The translations under genes were made by a program, and so were the position numbers. Below, one piece after another: positions 59,330-64,000 of a DNA stretch of 64,000 nt. This DNA comes from Candidatus Subterrananammoxibius californiae. Its GTDB lineage: Bacteria > Planctomycetota > Brocadiia > Brocadiales > Subterrananammoxibiaceae. The DNA lies in the NCBI GenBank assembly GCA_030586555.1, contig JAURAC010000017.1, positions 1-64,000 on the forward strand, given 5' to 3'. The first letter of the stretch is position 1. Each line of letters starts with the position of its first letter. The notes below the pieces were generated by a model. The model was not told where the DNA came from. It saw only the letters and a list, made by a program, of their open reading frames with translations, and did not search any database.

Positions 59330-59794
59330 ATGCCAAGGAATTTTAGCTGGTTAATACCTGGCGAGATTGCTGGAATGGCAAGACCCGCTTCTACTATCCA
59401 CGATTTCGAAAGTCTGCGGGACGATGGCATTGACGCCATTGTTTCTCTTACGGAAAATCCACTTAATAAGCCGTTGATAGAGGAATTTGGTTTTGAGTAC
59501 GTGCATATCCCTATCGAAGACCTTTCCGTACCAACTATGGACCAGGTAGAAGACTTTGTGGAGTTTGCCACCAGGATGCGAAATGACGGGAAGAAGATTG
59601 TCGTCCATTGTGGGGCCGGGATTGGAAGAACAGGCACAATGCTTGCCTGTTATCTTGTTAGCAAGGGATATAGTGCAGAAGAATCAATTGACGAGGTACG
59701 ACGGAAAAGACCAGGCTCAATTGAAACAGATGAACAAGTAGAGGTTATACACAGGTACGAAAGAAAATTAGCAGACGAGAACAGAAATACATAA
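59330..59794 (+). CDS. Dual-specificity protein phosphatase
   Basis: VHCGAGIGRTG, RPGSIET. Confidence 0.92.
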   Translation: MPRNFSWLIPGEIAGMARPASTIHDFESLRDDGIDAIVSLTENPLNKPLIEEFGFEYVHIPIEDLSVPTMDQVEDFVEFATRMRNDGKKIVVHCGAGIGRTGTMLACYLVSKGYSAEESIDEVRRKRPGSIETDEQVEVIHRYERKLADENRNT

Positions 59795-59825
59795 ATTCCA
59801 AATTTTTCTCAGGTAAGTATTTATT

Positions 59826-61553
59826 GTGGCAGAAATTATTACAAAACCACTTCCCGAAGCTTGTTTGAAGGATTACGAAGAAGCATACCGTAATTTTAAT
59901 TGGGAGCACATAAAAAACCGCTTCGAGTTTTTTAGTGCTGGAAGGGTAAATATAGCCTTCGAAGCAATAGATAAGCACGCCGCCGGTTCACGAAAAGATA
60001 AGGTTGCCCTCTACTGGAAGGATGCACACGAGCAAACTCAAAAATATACGTTCCTCGATATGAAAATACACTCCGACAAGGTAGGGGCTGTGTTAAGAAG
60101 ACTTGGGGTAAAAAAAGGAGACCGCGTATTCGTTTTCCTTCCCCGCATACCAGAACTTTATATCAGCATTATCGGTATAGCAAAGATAGGCGCCGTTGCA
60201 GGACCCATGTTCTCTGCCTTTGGTCCCGAAGCTGTAAGGGATAGACTAAAAGACAGCGAAGCAAAGGTGCTTATAACAACCCCTGAACTTAAAAAGAGGA
60301 TTGATGAGGTTCGTAATGAACTTCCCCACCTTGAACATATTTTAATTGTCGGTGCATCCGCCTCAGACGTAGCAAAAGGAGAAATAAGTTATGAGGCTGC
60401 CATGTCAAATGCCAAGGAAGATGGTGAAATAGAGTGGGTGGACGCTGAAACCCCACTTTACATGCTATATACCTCAGGAACTACAGGGAGACCCAAAGGG
60501 GTGGTTCACGTCCATAATGACATGATTTCCCATTACATCACCACCAGGTGGGTCCTGGATTTAAAGGACGAAGACGTTTATTGGTGCACAGCAGACCCTG
60601 GCTGGGTTACTGGCACGGTTTACGGGATATGGGGACCGTGGCTAAACGGGGAATCTCAGGTTGTATTCGAGGGTAGATTTGAGGCAGAGAAGTGGTACTC
60701 TATCATTCAGGATTTCAAGGTCACCGTCTGGTACACCGCACCCACTGCATTAAGGATGCTCATGAAGGCTGGCAAGGAGACAATTAAGAGATACGATTTA
60801 AGCAGTCTCCGTTATATATGCAGTGTAGGCGAGCCCCTTAATCCAGAGGTCATCCGCTGGGGTATGAATGTCTATAACCTGCCTATTCACGATAATTGGT
60901 GGCAAACTGAAACGGGCTCTATAATGATTGCCAACTATCCCTGCCTGCCCATTAAACTGGGTTCAATGGGCAAGCCGTTCCCGGGTATAAAGGCGGCTAT
61001 CGTTGACAGCGATGGAAACGAACTACCGCCGGGTAAACACGGATTTCTTGCCTTAAAACCAGGCTGGCCCTCGATGATGCGCACTATATGGCGTGACGAA
61101 AACAGATACAGGGCTTACTTCCAAATCTCAGGCTGGTACACAAGCGGCGATACGGCATATAAGGATGAGGACGGTTACTTCTGGTTCGTAGGAAGGGCGG
61201 ATGATGTCATCAAGACCTCAGGACATCGTGTGGGTCCATTTGAGGTAGAAAGCGCATTGGTGGAACACAAGGCTGTCGCAGAGGCAGGCGTTATTGGAAA
61301 ACCAGACGAGGAGCGAGGCGAGATTATAAAGGCATTTATCGTCCTGCGTGAAGGATTCCACCCATCTAATCATCTAAAGAAGGACATCGAAGAGTTTATC
61401 AAACATCGGTTAGCCGCCCACGCATACCCGAGAGAAATTGAATTTGTCCCAAGCGTCCCAAAGACCCGAAGCGGCAAGATAATGCGCCGATTGCTTAAAG
61501 CAAAAGAACTCAGCCTCCCCACAGGCGACCTATCCACGTTAGAGGAAGATTAA
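59826..61553 (+). CDS. acsA: Acetate--CoA ligase
   Basis: YTSGTTGRPKG, DNWWQTETG, GRADDV, PKTRSGKIMRR. Confidence 0.93.
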   Translation: MAEIITKPLPEACLKDYEEAYRNFNWEHIKNRFEFFSAGRVNIAFEAIDKHAAGSRKDKVALYWKDAHEQTQKYTFLDMKIHSDKVGAVLRRLGVKKGDRVFVFLPRIPELYISIIGIAKIGAVAGPMFSAFGPEAVRDRLKDSEAKVLITTPELKKRIDEVRNELPHLEHILIVGASASDVAKGEISYEAAMSNAKEDGEIEWVDAETPLYMLYTSGTTGRPKGVVHVHNDMISHYITTRWVLDLKDEDVYWCTADPGWVTGTVYGIWGPWLNGESQVVFEGRFEAEKWYSIIQDFKVTVWYTAPTALRMLMKAGKETIKRYDLSSLRYICSVGEPLNPEVIRWGMNVYNLPIHDNWWQTETGSIMIANYPCLPIKLGSMGKPFPGIKAAIVDSDGNELPPGKHGFLALKPGWPSMMRTIWRDENRYRAYFQISGWYTSGDTAYKDEDGYFWFVGRADDVIKTSGHRVGPFEVESALVEHKAVAEAGVIGKPDEERGEIIKAFIVLREGFHPSNHLKKDIEEFIKHRLAAHAYPREIEFVPSVPKTRSGKIMRRLLKAKELSLPTGDLSTLEED

Positions 61554-61569
61554 TCCCCTACCCTGAAAA

Positions 61570-61670
61570 TGTCATTCCGACCTTCAAAAATGTCATCCCG
61601 AACTTGTTTCGGGATCCCAAGAGATGCTGAAATAAATTCAGCATGACAAAACACAGTGTCATTCCGAGCC
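61570..61670. repeat. GTCAT..ATGAC palindromic repeat cluster between convergent genes
   Basis: GTCATCCCGAACTTGTTTCGGGATC...GATGCTGAAATAAATTCAGCATGAC plus two partial GTCATTCCGA copies. Confidence 0.75.
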
Positions 61671-61741
61671 CTTCACTTCCTATCGTTCTTTGTCCGCCTG
61701 AGGAGGGTCAAGCAATCTTGCCTTTGAGACTCCCGCAGGGT

Positions 61742-63367
61742 TTACTCCTTAAGATGTATATCATTCTTTTCAAGTACTGTTGCCGTGACCACGTCTAAAT
61801 CCCCGAGGGATACCTGATAGTCAATAATTGCCTTCGTCTCGTTCCCTTCCGCCATGGCTAAATCCTCCTGTGCCCTGAGGACCTCGAGGCTTGTGGTCTT
61901 GCCCACATTAAACTTCTTTCCTTCAGCATCGAGTTTCTTATCTGCCAGTTCCCTTGCCTTTCGTGTAGAATACACCCTTTCGATATTGGTGTTTATCTGG
62001 CGAACCGCAGTCCTGACGTCCACTACTACCTTTTGCTCTGTCTTTTTAACGTCAAGCCCTGCCTGTAATGCCTCGAGTTTTGCCTTTGTATAGTTACTTC
62101 TGGCAGAACGAAGCCCGATGGGAATTTCAAATGTGAGACCAAGACTCTTGCTCTCAAAGTCCGTGTCTGTAACGAGCTTATTGCTTTCACCTAAGTCTCC
62201 TCCAATACCATCGTATCGGAAGGTTCCATTAATATCCATTTGTGGAAGCAATTCATTTTTTCGCTGTTTTATCGAGATTTCAGCATTTTCAACCTTCTTC
62301 TGGGTTTCAAGGAGGTCGGGGCGACTTTGTAAGGCTAACTTTATTGATTCTGGCATATCAGCCTTTTTGGCATCAAAAACAGGCTTGTCAATAGGAGCAA
62401 TCGAGGCGTCGGAAAGGATTGAATCGTCACTAAGGTTTATTACCTGTTTAAGTATGTCTTCCTTATTTTTAATCTCATTTTCAGCCGATATTACAGCCTC
62501 TTCACGAGAAGCAACCCCTGCTTCAGCCTCAAGGACGTCAATAGGGGTTAACATCCCCGCCTCAACCTGCAGTTTGTTTTTTTCAAGCAAATCCTTTGCC
62601 CGCTCAAGGGATTTTCTTGCAACCTTCAAATCCTCTATCGCCTTGATTAGATTCCAATATGCCTCCTGCACCTGATCCACTGTTTGAATAACCGTATTCT
62701 TAAACTGGAAGGTAGAGATTTGTTTGTTGTTTCGTGCAATATAAACGGGACTGAGGTTGTAGAAAAGCCATCCGCCCTTCAGGAGGGGCTGGGTAAGCTT
62801 TGCCTCAACAAAAGAAGTATAGCGTCTTACCAAATCCCCATACACATCACTTGCACCTTCAAAGACATTCCTCGTATAATTGAATCCATACCCTATAGAT
62901 AGTTTACCGCCTGTTTCAAAGGGTTTTTCAATCGTTGACTTAAAGATGTCTGTATCCGTTCGCGCTGGTTTAAACAACACCACAACAGACCCTGTAATAA
63001 ATCTTCCAAGAAGCCAACGTTCATCTTCCGCCACATTGCCCTCTACCTTGAGGGTAGGGTCAAATTTAGATTTTTCAATTGTGATACCCAAATCGCCAAT
63101 CTCAGGATTAAGCCGTGCAATCTCCACATCGAAGTTGTTACGTATGGCAAAGAGTATGCTTTCCTTTAAAGTTAGGCTGATGGTCGTCGTATCAAATTCC
63201 ACAGACACTGAACGTTGGATAGGTTCTTCGGTTGGTTTCTCTTGCGCAATAGTTTCACAGTTCCATAATATAATAGCCATAAGAGGCAAAGAGGCAAAGA
63301 GGCAAAGAGGTAAAGAAACAAACCTTTTAGCCTTTTCACCTTTTAGCCTCTTTACCTTTTCACCCAT
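61742..63367 (-). CDS. TolC-family outer membrane protein
   Basis: LTLKESI..AIRNN, QPLL, AYWNL, RPDL, GKTTSLEVL.AQ. Confidence 0.9.
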   Translation of the reverse strand: MGEKVKRLKGEKAKRFVSLPLCLFASLPLMAIILWNCETIAQEKPTEEPIQRSVSVEFDTTTISLTLKESILFAIRNNFDVEIARLNPEIGDLGITIEKSKFDPTLKVEGNVAEDERWLLGRFITGSVVVLFKPARTDTDIFKSTIEKPFETGGKLSIGYGFNYTRNVFEGASDVYGDLVRRYTSFVEAKLTQPLLKGGWLFYNLSPVYIARNNKQISTFQFKNTVIQTVDQVQEAYWNLIKAIEDLKVARKSLERAKDLLEKNKLQVEAGMLTPIDVLEAEAGVASREEAVISAENEIKNKEDILKQVINLSDDSILSDASIAPIDKPVFDAKKADMPESIKLALQSRPDLLETQKKVENAEISIKQRKNELLPQMDINGTFRYDGIGGDLGESNKLVTDTDFESKSLGLTFEIPIGLRSARSNYTKAKLEALQAGLDVKKTEQKVVVDVRTAVRQINTNIERVYSTRKARELADKKLDAEGKKFNVGKTTSLEVLRAQEDLAMAEGNETKAIIDYQVSLGDLDVVTATVLEKNDIHLKE

Positions 63368-63370
63368 TTC

Positions 63371-63940
63371 CTATTCCCTATTCCCCATTATAAGCGCCAG
63401 TGCTTCTGCCCTTGTGGCTGGATTCCTTCGGAATATGCCGCGAACCACAGAAGTCTGTACCTTAGTACCGGATTTCTTTATGCCGCGCATCGTCATGCAA
63501 AGATGTTCTGCCTCGATAACTGTGATGACTCCTTTTGGTCTAAGGGCTTTCATAATGGTATCTGCAATAGCTGTCGTTAGACGCTCCTGAACCTGCAATT
63601 TCTTCGATTCCATATCCACTACCCTCGCCAGCTTGCTTATACCAGTGACCCGTGAGCCTTGCGGGATGTATGCAACATGCGCAACCCCGATGAACGGCAG
63701 TAAATGATGTTCGCAAACCGAATAAAAAGGAATATCCTTTAGAAGCACAATTTCATCATGGTCTTGAGATTTGAGCACCTTAATCTGCTCAGAGGCATCC
63801 TTTCCTATCCCTGCGTAAATTTCTTCGCACATCTGTGCGACCCTTTGAGGAGTTTCCTTAAGCCCATCACGGTCTGGGTTCTCACCGATGCCCTCGAGGA
63901 ACATGCGAATTGCCTTTATTATTTTTTCGGTATTTATCAC
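63371..63940 (-). CDS. folE: GTP cyclohydrolase I
   Basis: [37 protein letters not shown]. Confidence 0.95.
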   Translation of the reverse strand: MINTEKIIKAIRMFLEGIGENPDRDGLKETPQRVAQMCEEIYAGIGKDASEQIKVLKSQDHDEIVLLKDIPFYSVCEHHLLPFIGVAHVAYIPQGSRVTGISKLARVVDMESKKLQVQERLTTAIADTIMKALRPKGVITVIEAEHLCMTMRGIKKSGTKVQTSVVRGIFRRNPATRAEALALIMGNRE

Positions 63941-64000
63941 TTGTAAAAGCACATACAAACAAGTTTGTCCATGCCACCCTTATGAAATTCACTGTCTATC

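Noticed and set aside
2..63946. Numerous short antisense or overlapping ORFs in the track
   Set aside because: They are shadows of well-supported genes and carry no motifs

Overview
Chromosomal window, mostly minus-strand. Gene content suggests a Planctomycetota/Brocadiae (anammox-related) anaerobe; this is inference and was not searched. Left to right: a multiheme cytochrome c lipoprotein running off the left edge; a Hyf/Ehr-type membrane hydrogenase operon headed by DUF2156 and GNAT genes and a structured leader; a sigma-54 activator; a ferritin/SOD/peroxidase/cytochrome c stress cluster with aspA; fadH; an acpS / B12-radical SAM / KS / KS-like lipid cluster; and MATE. An accessory zone at 32-39 kb holds TA and nuclease genes separated by one conserved inverted-repeat site, an integron attC, a foreign gene block and a tRNA-Arg broken at an att-like junction. 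Housekeeping genes follow (xerD, lpxD, der, yacG, dnaJ, ltaE, parA, trk, apbE, acsA, tolC-like, folE), interleaved with small defence insertions. Most striking: (1) the repeat-delimited cassette array at 31.9-35.5 kb; (2) in-frame colonisation of many protein genes by short palindromes and 7/8-mer minisatellites; (3) a candidate switch-like RNA and ATT start upstream of the hydrogenase operon. Family assignments come from motif recognition only.
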